Shown: positions 26,336 through 41,012 of the stretch, piece by piece | How positions within the stretch are numbered: the stretch's first letter is position 1 | Layout: the number at the start of each line of letters is the position of its first letter | Source: Octopus sinensis | Taxonomy: Eukaryota | DNA length: 64,000 nt | NCBI RefSeq assembly: GCF_006345805.1 | Contig: NC_042997.1 | Location: 186,124,001-186,188,000 of the forward strand | Reading direction: 5' to 3' | The notes under the pieces: generated by a model | Told to the model about the DNA's origin: nothing | Databases searched by the model: none | Seen by the model: only the letters and a program-made list of their open reading frames with translations | Translations under genes and position numbers: made by a program

Positions 26336-26535
26336 TAACAACCACAACAACAACAACAACAACAAAAACTATAACAACATCGAAAAATACCTTAGGAATG
26401 AGAACGCAGGTTCGAAATTTCCCCCAAGGCACCTGATGAAGGCTGGAGGGTATATCACCCAAAACGTTGTGTTAACAACAAACAGGATGAGGATAAATAT
26501 CCGTGAAAAGTAAATAATGTAAATAATGTGCATAA
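26190..26535 (+). mobile_element. Two tail fragments of the hammerhead-tailed element
   Basis: 26190-26251 matches 24783-24844 including the cut at CACCTGATG; 26370-26535 has a degenerate hammerhead at 26429-26472. Confidence 0.7.
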
Positions 26536-27156
26536 TTCATGATCTCTTAATTATAGAACTGGGTGACAATTTTGTTAAATAACCCAGTAAAGTTGAATTA
26601 AGTAGTAGCTTAGACTACACATTTAACCAGCATTTCTAAACAGAGATCTCTATGTTGGGAAGCATACTGCAGAGTAAGATTAGAGATACCATTAGCTCAC
26701 TTGTAAGCGGGATTATTGGTTGGTTGGCTGGTGGTTTAGCTTCCTGATTAACTGATTAGTTAACTGGTTGTTTCGTTGGTTGGCTGATTGTTTGGCTGCT
26801 TTGTTGATTACTTGGCTGGTTCGAAGACAATAGCGACTGACAAAATAAGGTCAAAATGAGGAGCTCAGCTAACCCAAGACAGAAATCTTATTTGTATAGC
26901 AAGGTGAAGACTACTTCATTTGTACCGGACAAGTATTTGATACCCTACAGAAATGAGTGAATCTTGCCAAAATTTCATACAAATAAACCTGAAGTTTTCC
27001 TAGCTCTCCTCATCTCTCTGTAGCAGGAATCAATCAATACGTGCAATAAAATAGTAATATATTTGAAGCAAAATACTTTCCAACAGATGCTATTGTTGGC
27101 CAAAACAAAAAGATGCTATTGGCTGTATGCAAGAGAGCTGGGCTGGCTGGTTAAAC

Positions 27157-27227
<71 letters not shown>

Positions 27228-27231
27228 TATT

Positions 27232-27774
27232 GAGTGAGAGAGCAGTGCATGCCATCAAAGTTACACTGGAGTAAAATATACCAAGCCCAGTATACCCATC
27301 ATGATTACCCGTCTGATAAGGGTACACTAAACACATGCATCACAACCATATGTGCGCGACATGTTGATCTCATATTAAGACTAACAGCGCATGACCTTGC
27401 AGGTGGGGCCCAGTTACAATTTTCTTCAGGTTGAGTAACCCATCCCGCTCCAAAGGTCCCTGAATAAAGGTTGTTTAAGGATGTTGAATGAAACGCCCAT
27501 GTTTCCAAGGGTGAATTATCCAAGCCCCAAAGAATTCCTCTCAATACACGACTATGATGCTCCCCCACTACTTCGTCTCGTGATCAGAGATGCACATATT
27601 GTCAGCTAATAAGGGACATGCTCAACTGACAATTGACAAGCAAATCTGTGGTATTGAGTAGAATATTTGCTGTAGTCCATCTTTTATACCAAGACAAAAC
27701 AATGTACATGATAACTCTTCCAATCAGTTAAGATAAGAAGTCATGAAAGCCACTGTTTGGTACTGCATTAGGGC
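27232..27774 (-). mobile_element. Family F element
   Basis: Reverse complement of family F, flanked by (ATT)n. Confidence 0.8.
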
Positions 27775-27839
27775 ATTTATTATTATTATCATTATTATTA
27801 TTGTTGTTGTTGTTGTTATTATTATTATTATTATTATTA

Positions 27840-27881
<42 letters not shown>

Positions 27882-27934
27882 CATTATTATTATTATTATC
27901 ATCATTATTATCATTATTATTATTATTATTATTT

Positions 27935-28420
27935 ATTGTATTACAACGCACAACCTATTTTGCAGGGTATAATGGAAAGTGTTAGCTGTCCACAGCCAAC
28001 AGACTGTTTAATGGTCATGCAGCAAGGATTCTGCGAAGATTTCTTGTAGTTCCAAGCAATGCTGATTTTTGTAGATATTCTACCTTCACACTTGCACCGA
28101 TATTTTTCCGCCCTACTGGAAGCTGAGTGCTGATACTTCCAAGTGTACCAATTACTATTGGTATCATGTGTACTCTCTTTATTGACCACGACATTCGTAT
28201 TTCCTACTTTAAATTGTCATAGTTGTTTATTTTTTCTTCTTTCACATTGATGCGGTTGTCACTGGGACATGCTATGTCGATTATCATACATGTTCTTTCT
28301 TTTTTATTCACCACAACAGTGTCCAGTTTCCGATGTCTGGTCAGGTAATAGCAATGGGTCATTGCATCCCACAGGGTTTTGCAATTCTCATTTTCGGTGA
28401 CTCCTTCTGGGGTTTGCTCC
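27935..28420 (-). pseudogene. R4/Dong-like LINE RLE fragment, second subfamily
   Basis: Minus strand: ENENCKTLWD...LDTVVVNKKERTCMIIDIACPSD...IPIVIGTLG...LQKSALLGT; 3' UTR ends in AAT. Confidence 0.75.
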
Positions 28421-28451
28421 TAATCATCATCATCATCATTATCATCATCAT

Positions 28452-28503
<52 letters not shown>

Positions 28504-28504
<1 letters not shown>

Positions 28505-28730
28505 AGACGGTGTGCTGGTTGAATCGTTAGCACGTTGGGCGAAATGCTAGGCATTTCGTCCGCTTTTACGTTCTAAGATCAAATCCCGCCAAGGTCGACT
28601 TGGCCTTTCATCCTTTCGGGGTTCGATAAAATAAGTACCAGTTATGCACTGGGGTCGACTTGTAATCGACTTATATCCCATGCCCCGAAATCGCTGGCTT
28701 TGTACCAAATCTTGAAACCAATTTTATATT
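28504..28730 (+). mobile_element. SINE family B
   Basis: GTCGACTTGGCCTTTCATCCTTTCGGGG central block. Confidence 0.75.
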
Positions 28731-29199
28731 TCGAAAATATCCAATCAATTTATTTACTTTCGTTTTTATTGTTTTTTTCCTTTACTTTTCTCTCTCTCTC
28801 TCTCTCTCTCACGCGCGCACACACTCTTCCTGTTTCTTCCTTCTCCTTTCTCTCTCTCTCTCTCTCGTTCTCTCGCTACTTTTTTCTTCACCCCTATTCG
28901 CGCCATTACTTTGGAGTGTAAATTTTGCTTCCTTCCCCTCTTGCCATTCTGCCAAATGTACCCATTCACTGCACTGTTATTGATCACCAATAACAGTGAA
29001 GAAACAAGATTAACCTGATTGAAGTCTAGGAAGCAAAACAATCCCCATTATAACCCCCTTTATTCATTTATTTATTTATTATTTATTTATTTATTTATTT
29101 AGTTATTCATCAACTTTACCCATTCCCCCATCCGTCCATTCATCCAAACATCCACCTTACCACCCAACCCAATCAAATCAAAAAGCGCAAAACGAATAG

Positions 29200-30300
<1,101 letters not shown>

Positions 30301-30795
30301 ATTCTCTTGTGCCACCAGCAAAAACTCTGCTGGTGTGTGTGTGTGTGTGTGTGTAAATAGGTATATATACATACATACAGACAAACATACATACATACAG
30401 ACAGACAAACACACATACATACATACGTTCATTCATAGAATGTTCGTACATACAAACGTTCGTACATACAAACGTTCGTACTTACATACATACATGCATA
30501 CATACATACATGTGCATATGAACATACACGTAAATATACAAGGTAACATTCAATGCATTTATAACTTTCTTTGTGAGATATTAATTCAATTTAAGTCTTC
30601 TATATTTATAATTTGCGTTATATATATATATGGGTTGTGTGTGTGTATGCGTCTGTGTCAGTGTGTCCGTGTGTGCATTTGTATATATGAGTATAATTGT
30701 ATGTATATACATACATATACATGCATACGTGCACACATCCAAACACACACATACACACATGTGTACATTTGATTAAAACATATATATATATATAA

Positions 30796-30859
<64 letters not shown>

Positions 30860-31752
30860 GCAAATATATATACATGCATACAGGCACACAGACATATGAA
30901 TACTGATATTTCGTTTAGACACAGCTTCATTCTGAAGCATATGTATATGTATATACGTACATACAGACATGCGTAGATGTATGTATATATGTATGTGTGT
31001 ATGTATGTATGTATGTATGTATGTATGTATGTATGTATGAATGTATATATGTATGTTTTTTTACATATATAAACATATGCATTTACATTTTATATATAAA
31101 AGCAGTCATTCATACATGCATACATACATACATACATACACATATGTATTTACCACTGTTTGGCATAATTTATTGTATATTATGCTTGCACTGAAAAAGA
31201 TATTTGAGGAAGAAAAAAGAAAGAGACAAGAACACAGACAAACACAAGAGACAAAAATGAGAAAAATGCATAGAATAACTACGAAAAACCAATGAGTAAG
31301 AAATCTATTGTTAAGAGACAAAAAAAAAGAGAGAGAGATAAAGATAAGATAATAAAATATTTCATTTCAATATTATATGCAAACTTATAAAATCAACAAC
31401 TTATATATATATATATATATATGGACACACTGACACACAAATACATATATAGTGTTTTTGTGTGTGTGTGTGCTTTCCTTTGTGACGGTGCGAGGGCTTG
31501 TGTGGAAGATTATGGATATATAATCAGTGCCTCCTCTTCCTCCTCCTCCCGCTCTTCTTGCGTTTTTCTCGTCATCATCGTCATCATCATCACCATCATT
31601 ACGATCGTTTTATCGTCTGCATCGATATCAATATTGTCACTCTCTCGGCATCGTTAGTTATTGTAGTCTTTTCTTCCTTTTTCATCGGTTTTACTTTACC
31701 TTATCGGCTATCATTATCGTCGTCGTAGTCATCGTCATCATTCATAGCATTC

Positions 31753-31801
<49 letters not shown>

Positions 31802-31929
31802 ACATCATCGTCATCATCATCACCATCACCATCACCATCGTCGTCGTCCTCGTCATCAGGTTATATATAATACATAGAGTTAGATAGATAGACAGACGCA
31901 AACAGTTAGGCAGACAGACAGAGAGACAG

Positions 31930-32130
<201 letters not shown>

Positions 32131-32759
32131 TATGGTGAAGGAAAAGAAATGGAAAAATAAGAATGCTTCTAACAATGCAGAAAATTTTACAAAAATCTTT
32201 AAATATTTAACGCAAAGGCCCATCCCCAGAATAAAACCGTCTGGGAAATGCCCAGTTACACTGATTCCGTTATCTTAACGGAATAGGTGAAACTGATCAT
32301 TTCCCAGACTGCTTTTCTATTTTCTTTTCGTTCTTTGGTTCCACAAGGCTTCCAGCGAACTTTTATATATATTCATATATATTATCGCCATCATCATTCT
32401 TCGCCTTCTTATCTTTCATCATGATCATGATCATCAGGTTCAGTCCATCAACATGTATACATGTATGTGTGCATGTATGTATGTATGTCTGTATATATCT
32501 ATGCATGCATGCATGTATGTATGTCTTCTCTTTCTCTTTTTAATTTGGAGTAAATTTTTGATCGGTCACCGACTTGGCAGCAAGGTTGTGAAGGAAATTC
32601 TAATGATTAAACTGTTAACCTTTAAATCTTAAGAATGCTTTGCAGATTTTTATAGCCTCATATATCGTGGCTTATGAATTAAGGATTCATGTTCTCTCCC
32701 CAGTATTCTAAATTCAGCCATACTTTGCTCCAGACTGGTTGCTATGTATTCTGTTGCTC

Positions 32760-33240
32760 TAATATGTATGTAAGTAAGTATGTATGTATGTATGTATGTA
32801 TGTATGTATGTATGTATGTATGTATGTATGTATGTATGTGTGTGTGTGTATGTTTGTATGTATGCATCTAAGTATGTATGTGTGTATGTATGTGTGTATG
32901 TATGTTTGTATGTATGTATGTACATATGTATGTATGTACGTACTATGTATGTACGTACGTATGTATGTATGTATGTATGTATGATGTATGTATGTATGTA
33001 TGTATGTATGTATGTATGTATGTATGTATGTGTGTGTGTGTATGTTTGTATGTATGCATCTAAGTATGTATGTGTGTATGTATGTGTGTATGTATGTTTG
33101 TATGTATGTATGTACATATGTATGTATGTACGTACTATGTATGTACGTACGTATGTATGTATGTATGTATGTATGTATGTATGTATGTATGTATGTATGT
33201 ATGTATGTATGTATGTATGTATGTGTGCGTATGTATGCAC
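32760..33240. repeat. (TATG)n array with an internal ~180-bp duplicated variant pattern
   Basis: Variant string TGTTTGTATGTATGCATCTAAGTATG...CGTACTATG occurs near 32850 and again near 33040. Confidence 0.85.
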
Positions 33241-33364
33241 ATACGTACGCGCAATATTTAGATACATGCATATAGCAACGCCGGATCACCGTAATAATGA
33301 TAATAATTGTTAGCTTGTACTTACTATATCGATCCTGGAAGGATGAATGACAAAGTCGACATCC

Positions 33365-34480
33365 TCACTCGGAACTATCAAGCTAACATCATCCACAATG
33401 AGGTAGACAAAAAAGTGCAGACTCTGAAATGACAAACTGGAAACTCTCCAGTGAAGAGTATTGACCACATTGTTGCCATATTGTTGCCGTTTGCTCAGTC
33501 CTTGCCCTTATAGAATATAAAGCCTGGCATGATCGAGTTGGCCAATACTTGCACTAGAGTGTACGTCGTCACTATAATATCCCGCACCTAAGAACTGGTA
33601 TGAACACCATCCAGAGCCAGTCACTGAAGGAGAGAATGTTACCATCCAATAGGATTACCGGATACATACAGACAGGCAAATAAATACTAAGCGACCAGAC
33701 ATTATCATCAAGGATCTAAGACAAAAAACATGCTTGTTAATTGATATGACAATGCCTACTGATAGAAATATCTCAGCAAAAGAATTTTTAAAAACTGTCA
33801 AAATATAAGGACCTCGAGACCTTGAGATTGAGATATCTAGGAAGATGAAAGAAAGAATCGAAACCATCCCTGTTGTTTTAGATGTCCTGGGAATGATCAA
33901 GAAAGTCAGTGACAAATTTTTGACCAGTCCTTAGGAAACCAACAATCTACGTGATTCAAAAAATTGTGTTGACATCAACCGCCCACATTCTCAAGAAGTT
34001 TCTCTCCATCTAATATATACATGCCTTATGTCTCTGATTGAGACCCAGCCGGAAGATGAAGTAAAATGTAAATCAATTGGAAAAACACCTACAAAATCAG
34101 TATTGCTTGGAAATGCAAACATTTTTTCACAAGGTTCTTGAAGCATGACCAATAAATACGTGCTACTCTTGTCTGCTGGCTGTGGACAGCTGACAGTTTC
34201 CATCCTACTCAGAATAATAAGCGAAGATTCTTCATCATATGTAATCTCAAGTTTTAAAATCCTACGCAAAATACTTTCTATGTAATCTCAAGATTTAAAA
34301 CAAACACATAATTTTCTTATGGTTTCTTAAACATTCTCTAGAACAGCACTCTGTACAAAACCAAATATATGGCACCCTAGTCATAACACCAACATGAACT
34401 TCTAACTTGTTGTCTCTTGAGGTCTCTGGGTGAGACTTGGAGCCAACATGTATGAATGTAAAGCAAAAGTCATACATAAA

Positions 34481-34490
<10 letters not shown>
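33365..34490 (+). pseudogene. Train of three R4/Dong-like LINE 3' fragments
   Basis: 33365-34060: ESIDHI, HDRVGQYLH, WYEHHPEPV, KRPDIII, LIDMTMP, KYKDL. 34075-34260: tail like the 27935 copy. 34260-34490: third tail ending in (AAT)n. Confidence 0.75.
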
Positions 34491-34558
<68 letters not shown>

Positions 34559-34576
34559 CAACAACAACAACAATAC

Positions 34577-35124
34577 ATGCAGTACAAGACAGTGGCTCTC
34601 ATGGCTTCTGATCTTAACTGATTGGAAGTGTTATCATGTACGTTGTTTTGTCTTGGTATAAAAGATGGGCTACAGCAAATATTCTGCTCAGTACCACAGA
34701 TTTGCTTGTCAGTTGCTTGACCTTAGCCAGTTAACCATGTCCCTTAGTGGCTGGCAATATGTGCATCTCTGTTCACGAGCAGAAGTAGTGGGGGAGCATC
34801 ATAGCCATGTGTTGAAAGGAATTCTTAGAGGTTTGGATAATTCACCTTTAGAAACATGGGCGGTTCGTTCAACATCCTCAAACAATCCTTATTTAGGAAC
34901 CTTTTGAGTGGGATGGGCTACTCGACCAGAAGAAAATTCTAACTGGGCCCCACCTGCAAGGTCATGTGCGGTTTATCTTGATATGAGATCACCATGTCGC
35001 GTACATATGGTTGTGATGCATGTGCCTGATGTATCCTTATCAGACGGGTAGTCATGATGGGTATATTGGGCTTCGTATATTTTACCCCAGTGTCACTTTG
35101 ATGGCATGCACTGCTCTCTCACTC
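34577..35124 (+). mobile_element. Family F element
   Basis: Matches 24886-25439; AAT/AAC on the left, AAT on the right. Confidence 0.8.
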
Positions 35125-35146
35125 AATAATAATAATAATAATAATA

Positions 35147-35194
<48 letters not shown>

Positions 35195-35408
35195 CGTTTC
35201 TCCTATAACCTCAAGACCTAAAAGTTTTGGGAAGGGGACTAGCCGATTACATCGACTCCACTACACAGCTGGTACTTATTACATTGATCCAGAAAGGATG
35301 AAAGACAAAGTGGACCTCACCGCTATTTCATATCTGTGAAAGCAAACACCCGGAAGAAATGATGTAAAGTGTTTTGTTCGGCTTACGATTTTTCCAGCTT
35401 GCCGCCTT

Positions 35409-35475
<67 letters not shown>

Positions 35476-36168
35476 GTCAGTTGTTTGACCTTAACCAGTT
35501 GAGCATGTCCCTTAGTGGCTGACGATATGTGCATCTCTGATCACGAGCAGAAGTAGTGGGGGAGCATCATAGCCATGTGTTGAGAGGCATTCTTTGGGGT
35601 TTGAATAATTCACCTCTGGAAACATGGGTGGTTCTTTCAACATCCTTAAACAACCCTTATTCAGGGACCTTTTGAGCGGGATGGGCTACTCAACCTGAAG
35701 AAAATTCTAACTGGGCCCCACCTGCAAGGTCATGTGCTGTTTATCTTGATATGAGATCACCATGTCGCGTACATATGGTTGTGATGCATGTGCCTGGTGT
35801 ACCCTTATCAGACGGGTAGTCATGATGGGTATATTGGGCTTCGTATATTTTACTCCAGTGTCACTTTGATGGCATGAACTGCTCTCTCACTCAATAATAA
35901 TAATAATAATAATAACAATAATAATAATAATAATAATAATAATGATAATAATCGTTTCTCCTATAATCTCAAGACCTAAAAGTTTTGGGAAGGGGACTAG
36001 CCGATTACATCGACTCCGCTACACAGCTGGTACTTATTACATTGATCCAGAAAGGATGAAAGACAAAGTGGACCTCACCGCTATTTCATATCTGTGAAAG
36101 CAAACACCCGGAAGAAATGATGTAAAGTGTTTTGTTCGGCATACGATTTTGCCAGCTCGCCGCCTTTA
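35195..36168. repeat. Duplicated degraded SINE-B block (35195-35410 and 35953-36168) around a 5'-truncated F copy (35476-35892)
   Basis: The two blocks differ at about 5 of 216 positions by eye. Confidence 0.85.
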
Positions 36169-36191
36169 TAATAATAATAATAATAATAATA

Positions 36192-36285
<94 letters not shown>

Positions 36286-36291
36286 ATTAAT

Positions 36292-36354
<63 letters not shown>

Positions 36355-36356
<2 letters not shown>

Positions 36357-36472
36357 TTGTTAAACTATTCAGTGATGACATCAGAATGCAATTTGGCCTC
36401 GATAAGTTTGCAAAAGCTACTTTTATCAAAGGAAAAATGACAGAAACATCTAACGTTAACCTTGACCAGCAG
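36355..36472 (+). pseudogene. R4/Dong-like LINE reverse-transcriptase fragment
   Basis: VKLFSDDIRMQFGLDKFAKATFIKGK, resembling the post-YxDD RT segment; directly after an AAT array. Confidence 0.7.
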
Positions 36473-36476
36473 AATG

Positions 36477-36608
36477 TCCACTCACAAGGCTTTGGTCGGC
36501 CCGAGGCTATAGTAGAAGACACTTGCCCAAGATGCCACATAGTGGGACTGAACCAGAACCATGTGGTTGGTAAGCAAGCTACTTACCACACAGCCACTCC
36601 TGCGCCTA
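36477..36608 (-). mobile_element. SINE family A, head portion
   Basis: Reverse complement of the family A head. Confidence 0.8.
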
Positions 36609-37628
36609 TTTTTTTTTTTTATATTTCCATCTTCGTTGTCTGCCGCTCCACTCCTGCTTCCATCTGCTCTCCCATCCCCGCAAGAAAATGCGATAATAGT
36701 TTTGGGAGTCGTGTTTCAGCCTCATCTGCTTCTGAGACGAACGGATTCGGCAGCAAGGTGTTTTTCCCCTACCGTCATCGCAAACAGCGATCGGTGGTAC
36801 AATTGGAACAGCTGTTTCTGGAACTTTCTGCTATCACTGCTGCTCGGCTGCACATGAGTTTGCAGAATACTAAACCGGTTGCACGTTAATTTAACGAGTT
36901 ACTAGTTCCATTAATCGAAAAATTAAATCAATGTTTATCGTCGACTATGACGAAGGATCTATCAAAATAGCTATAAGCATTTTGTCTGACTTCTCCGTCA
37001 CCATCATCACCACAACTACCACCACCATCATCCCCACTTTTTTTCTGTCATTCCACCATCGCCTCCATGGAAAACATGATTAAAAAGAAAGTTGAACTAC
37101 GAATGTGTTCTTAGTATCAAACATATGTGTTATAAAGTTTGGTATTCACTTGACTGGCATTGTGTTTGTTAGTAAAAAGCTGACATATAAATCATTAGAT
37201 GAATGAATAGCTAACCTCAATATTTTCCCTCCAAGCTTTCAAACATGACAGCCAGGAATAAGATTAGAAATAAACATTTATGACTCTGACTGTGCAGCCT
37301 GACTAGTGATAAGATATATTTTTTAATGATTTTATCGTATAAAGAAAGGAAGGATAAGTAAATAAATACATATATAGATAAGTATATATAAATGTAGGCA
37401 GAAAGCAAACAGAAAACGATGGAGAAGGTGGCGGAGGAAAGGAGGGGAAGGTGGAGGAAGAAGACAGGAAGAAATAATACCACTACTACTACTACAACTA
37501 ATTATTATTGTTGTTCTTCCTTTTCCTATTATTTTTATCATCATCATCATCGTCATTAAAATCAAACTGCATGGAGGTCTGGGCGTGCCGTTGTTAAAGA
37601 TCTTCAGATATGTGCGAAGGCTTTTCCT

Positions 37629-37692
37629 CTATGGTGAACCGTTTGCTAGACGCACTTTCCCCGCAGGTTTTCGCTTTGATGGAGATGAAGTC
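37629..37692 (-). CDS. Candidate terminal exon of an unknown small gene
   Basis: Acceptor TTGTTTCAG|G; frame continuing from the upstream exon gives RTSSPSKRKPAGKVRLANGSP-stop. Confidence 0.3.
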
Positions 37693-37848
37693 CTGAAACA
37701 AGTTCAAACCGAAGCAGGGTACCTAGCACATAGAGTTAGGCACTCATAGATCTCTGCCGGTCGATCAATACGATCGGTTGTCTATCATGGATTAGTATTA
37801 GCTCAGTTTCCTCGGGGAAAACTCTCGGTATCGATGAAAATAAATTAC

Positions 37849-38002
37849 CTGGCTGAACAGCTGCTATCCCATGTAGGGCGGATCCGACTATCGGCTGACT
37901 CCATTGTGAAGATCATCCCCACTGCGTTCCTTTGATCGGGAAGAACAAACAGTGTTTTTCTATTTGATGGCAATGGCGAAAGAGGTTGTGTGGTGGACGA
38001 AA
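37849..38002 (-). CDS. Candidate internal exon (154 bp) of an unknown gene
   Basis: Acceptor CTATTTTTAATCTTTTCAG|TT and donor CAG|GTAATT; one open frame SSTTQPLSPLPSNRKTLFVLPDQRNAVGMIFTMESADSRIRPTWDSSCSA. Confidence 0.5.
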
Positions 38003-38742
38003 CTGAAAAGATTAAAAATAGACACTTTATTTTTCGGTTAAGCCCTCCGTGATTTTTCAAATTCCACTTGAAATGGTCAACAGGGAGAAGGAAGAGCTGA
38101 GATCGTTTCTGCTTGGCTACACATTTTGAGATTTTAAGATTAAGTGAAAATTTTCAAATTTTATCTATAGGTGTAATTTTCCACGCTGAATCCTAGGGCC
38201 TGATTCTTTTGTTCCAGTAACAAATTGTTAGAGAAGTTTCAGAGGTTTAAATTTTGATAATTTTACCCTGTCAGAAAACAGGACATGGAAGCTGCCATTT
38301 CATGAGTGATGGCAATCGTTAGACGACAAAACAATAATGTCAACATTGCAACGATGGGACGTATTTTAAGCATTTTAATAAACGAAAAACGACTAAACAA
38401 AACGAGTAAACAGCCCATATTTTGTAGTTTTAAGCGTTCAATATAGCATCTAATGTGAAAAAAAGAGTAAACAACGTATTTCGTAGCTTTAAGAGCAGAA
38501 TAAGATGGGTACAAGCAGGAAAACAGCGTGAAATATCAGTTTATTAACACATGGTTTTTCTTGCTATGTTCTTGAGCAAGAGACTTGATTTCACTTTGCT
38601 GCAGTTCACACAGCTGTAGAAATGAGTTGCGACGTCACTGGTACCAAGTTGTATTGGACTTTGTTGCCTTTCTCTTGGATAACATTAGTGGAGAGGGAAG
38701 GCTGGTATGCATGAGCCACTGATGGTCTTCCATAAATTTCAC

Positions 38743-38800
38743 CCGGACTTGTGCCTTGTGGTGGTGGGGATTTTCTAGGTGCAATCCCATGCTCATTCAT
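38743..38800 (-). CDS. Candidate first coding exon
   Basis: ATG 38800, MNEHGIAPRKSPPPQGTSP, then a weak phase-1 donor G|GTGAAA that matches the phase of the 38002 exon. Confidence 0.3.
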
Positions 38801-38858
38801 GACCGAAGGTGGGTTTACTCTTTCTATGATTTTTCAATGTTTTTCCAACGCTTGGTTT

Positions 38859-38905
38859 GTTACTATGGAAACAGGCACCTATATGTCTGTGGGTTTCGAT
38901 TGGCT
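38859..38905. promoter_or_regulatory. RFX X-box-like site plus CCAAT box
   Basis: GTTACTATGGAAAC 38859-38872 and ATTGG 38899-38903, about 60 nt upstream of the candidate ATG. Confidence 0.45.
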
Positions 38906-39104
38906 AAAATTACCCGACATTTGAAAATTTTAAAAGTTATTAACTGTTTATTTATTGATTTATGACGAAAATAAATTTCATATCAATAATGAGCATACAA
39001 AACTACTCTAAATATCAAGTCAATTAAAACAAAATTGAAGAAATTAGGAAGTAGCAACCAAACTGAAAAGACCCAAGTGCTGTCTTCCAGTAAGATTATT
39101 CTTT

Positions 39105-39695
39105 TCCACTCTAGGCACAAGGCACGAAATTTTTGATCAACTCCAGTATGCAACTGGTACTTATTTTATCGACTCTGAAAGGATGAAAGGCAAAAACGAC
39201 CTCGGAGGAATTTGAACTCAGAACATAAAGGCAGACGAAATACTTATTTCATTACTACTCACAAGGGGCTAAACACAGAGGAGACAAGCAAGGACAGACA
39301 GGAGGATTAAGTCGATTATATCGACTCCAGTGCAAAACTGGTAATTATTTAATCGACCCCGAAAGGATGAAAGGCAAAGTCGACCTCGGCGGAATTTGAA
39401 CTCAGAACGTAATGGCAGACGAAATACGGCTACGCATTTCGCCCGGCGCGCTAACGATTCTTTTTTTTTTTTTTGCCCACAAGGGGCTAAACATACAGGA
39501 GACAAACAAGGGCAGACAAAGGAATTAAGTCGATTACATCGACGCCGGTGCGTAACTCGTACTTAATTTATCGACCCTGAAAGGATGAAAGGCAAAGTCG
39601 ACCTCGGTGAAATTTGAACTCAGAACGTAACGGCAGACGAAATACCGCTAAGTATTTCGCCCGGCGTGCTAACGATTCTGCCAGCTTGCTGCCTT
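39105..39695 (-). mobile_element. Tandem array of three SINE-B units
   Basis: Head-to-tail units; junctions tail|AGAATCGTTAGC near 39460 and tail|AGTATTTCGTC near 39242. Confidence 0.88.
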
Positions 39696-40028
39696 ATGTC
39701 CTCCAGTAATAAGTTTATAGAAAGAGTGAATATAGCCAGATTGACCTGAGCGAATGGACCTTCACTGAGCATGCGCCTGTAGGGTGAAAAATGCGAAATA
39801 GAAAGAAGCATTTGCCATAGCATTGCCTGAGGATCAGGGTGACACGAGATCTGTAGGGTTCTTTGGTTGCCCCATGTTGGCAAATCCCTTGTACCAAGGA
39901 AATTTTTGTCATAAATGTCTGGTTAGTTTTTGTTTTTATTATTTACACGTATCTGTAAAACACCACCGTCCTTTTTCATTCTATTGCCCTAAATATCTTT
40001 CTATGCGGCCTTTATGGCCAATGAAGAA

Positions 40029-40080
<52 letters not shown>

Positions 40081-40126
40081 GCACCACCACCACCATCACC
40101 TCCAACACTACTATTATTATTATGAA

Positions 40127-40343
40127 AGGCGGCGAGCTGGCAGAATCGTTAGCATGCCGGGCAAAATACTAAGCGGCATTTCGTGTCTTAATGTTCTGAG
40201 TTCAAATTCCACCGAGGTCGACTTTACCTTTCATCCCTTCGAGGTCGATAAAATATGTACCAGTTGAACACTGGGGTCGATGTAATCGACTCATCCTCTT
40301 CCCTCTCCAAAAAAATGACTACCCTTGTGGCGAAATTTGAAAC

Positions 40344-40345
<2 letters not shown>
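40127..40345 (+). mobile_element. SINE family B
   Basis: AGGCGGCGAGCTGGCAGAATCGTTAGC head and central block. Confidence 0.85.
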
Positions 40346-40401
<56 letters not shown>

Positions 40402-40539
40402 GAGTGAGAGAGCAGTGTATGCCATCAAAGTAAAAATATATGAAGCCCAGTATACCCATCATGACTACCCGTCTGATAAGGGTACACCAGGCAGATGCAT
40501 CACAACCATATGTGCGCGACATGGTGTATCATTATTATT

Positions 40540-40580
<41 letters not shown>

Positions 40581-40683
40581 TATTATTATCATTATTATTA
40601 TTATTATTATTATTATATTATTATTATTATTATTATTATTATCATCATTATTATTATTATTATTATTATCATCATCATCATCA

Positions 40684-40770
<87 letters not shown>

Positions 40771-40796
40771 TATTATTATCATTATTATTATTATTA

Positions 40797-40835
<39 letters not shown>

Positions 40836-40887
40836 CATTATTATTATTATTATTATTATCATCATCATCATCATTATTATTATTATA

Positions 40888-40929
<42 letters not shown>

Positions 40930-40955
40930 CATCATCATCATCATCAACATCATCA

Positions 40956-41001
<46 letters not shown>

Positions 41002-41012
41002 CATTATTATTA
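40345..41012. repeat. (ATT/ATC)n block containing a partial minus-strand F element (~40401-40530)
   Basis: Visible runs; GAGTGAGAGAGCAGTG...GCGCGACATGGTG matches the F 3' end. Confidence 0.85.

Noticed and set aside
36620-36860. GC-balanced stretch with protein-like frames on both strands
   Set aside because: No convincing splice sites or start; the most protein-like minus-strand frame has two stops; unassigned
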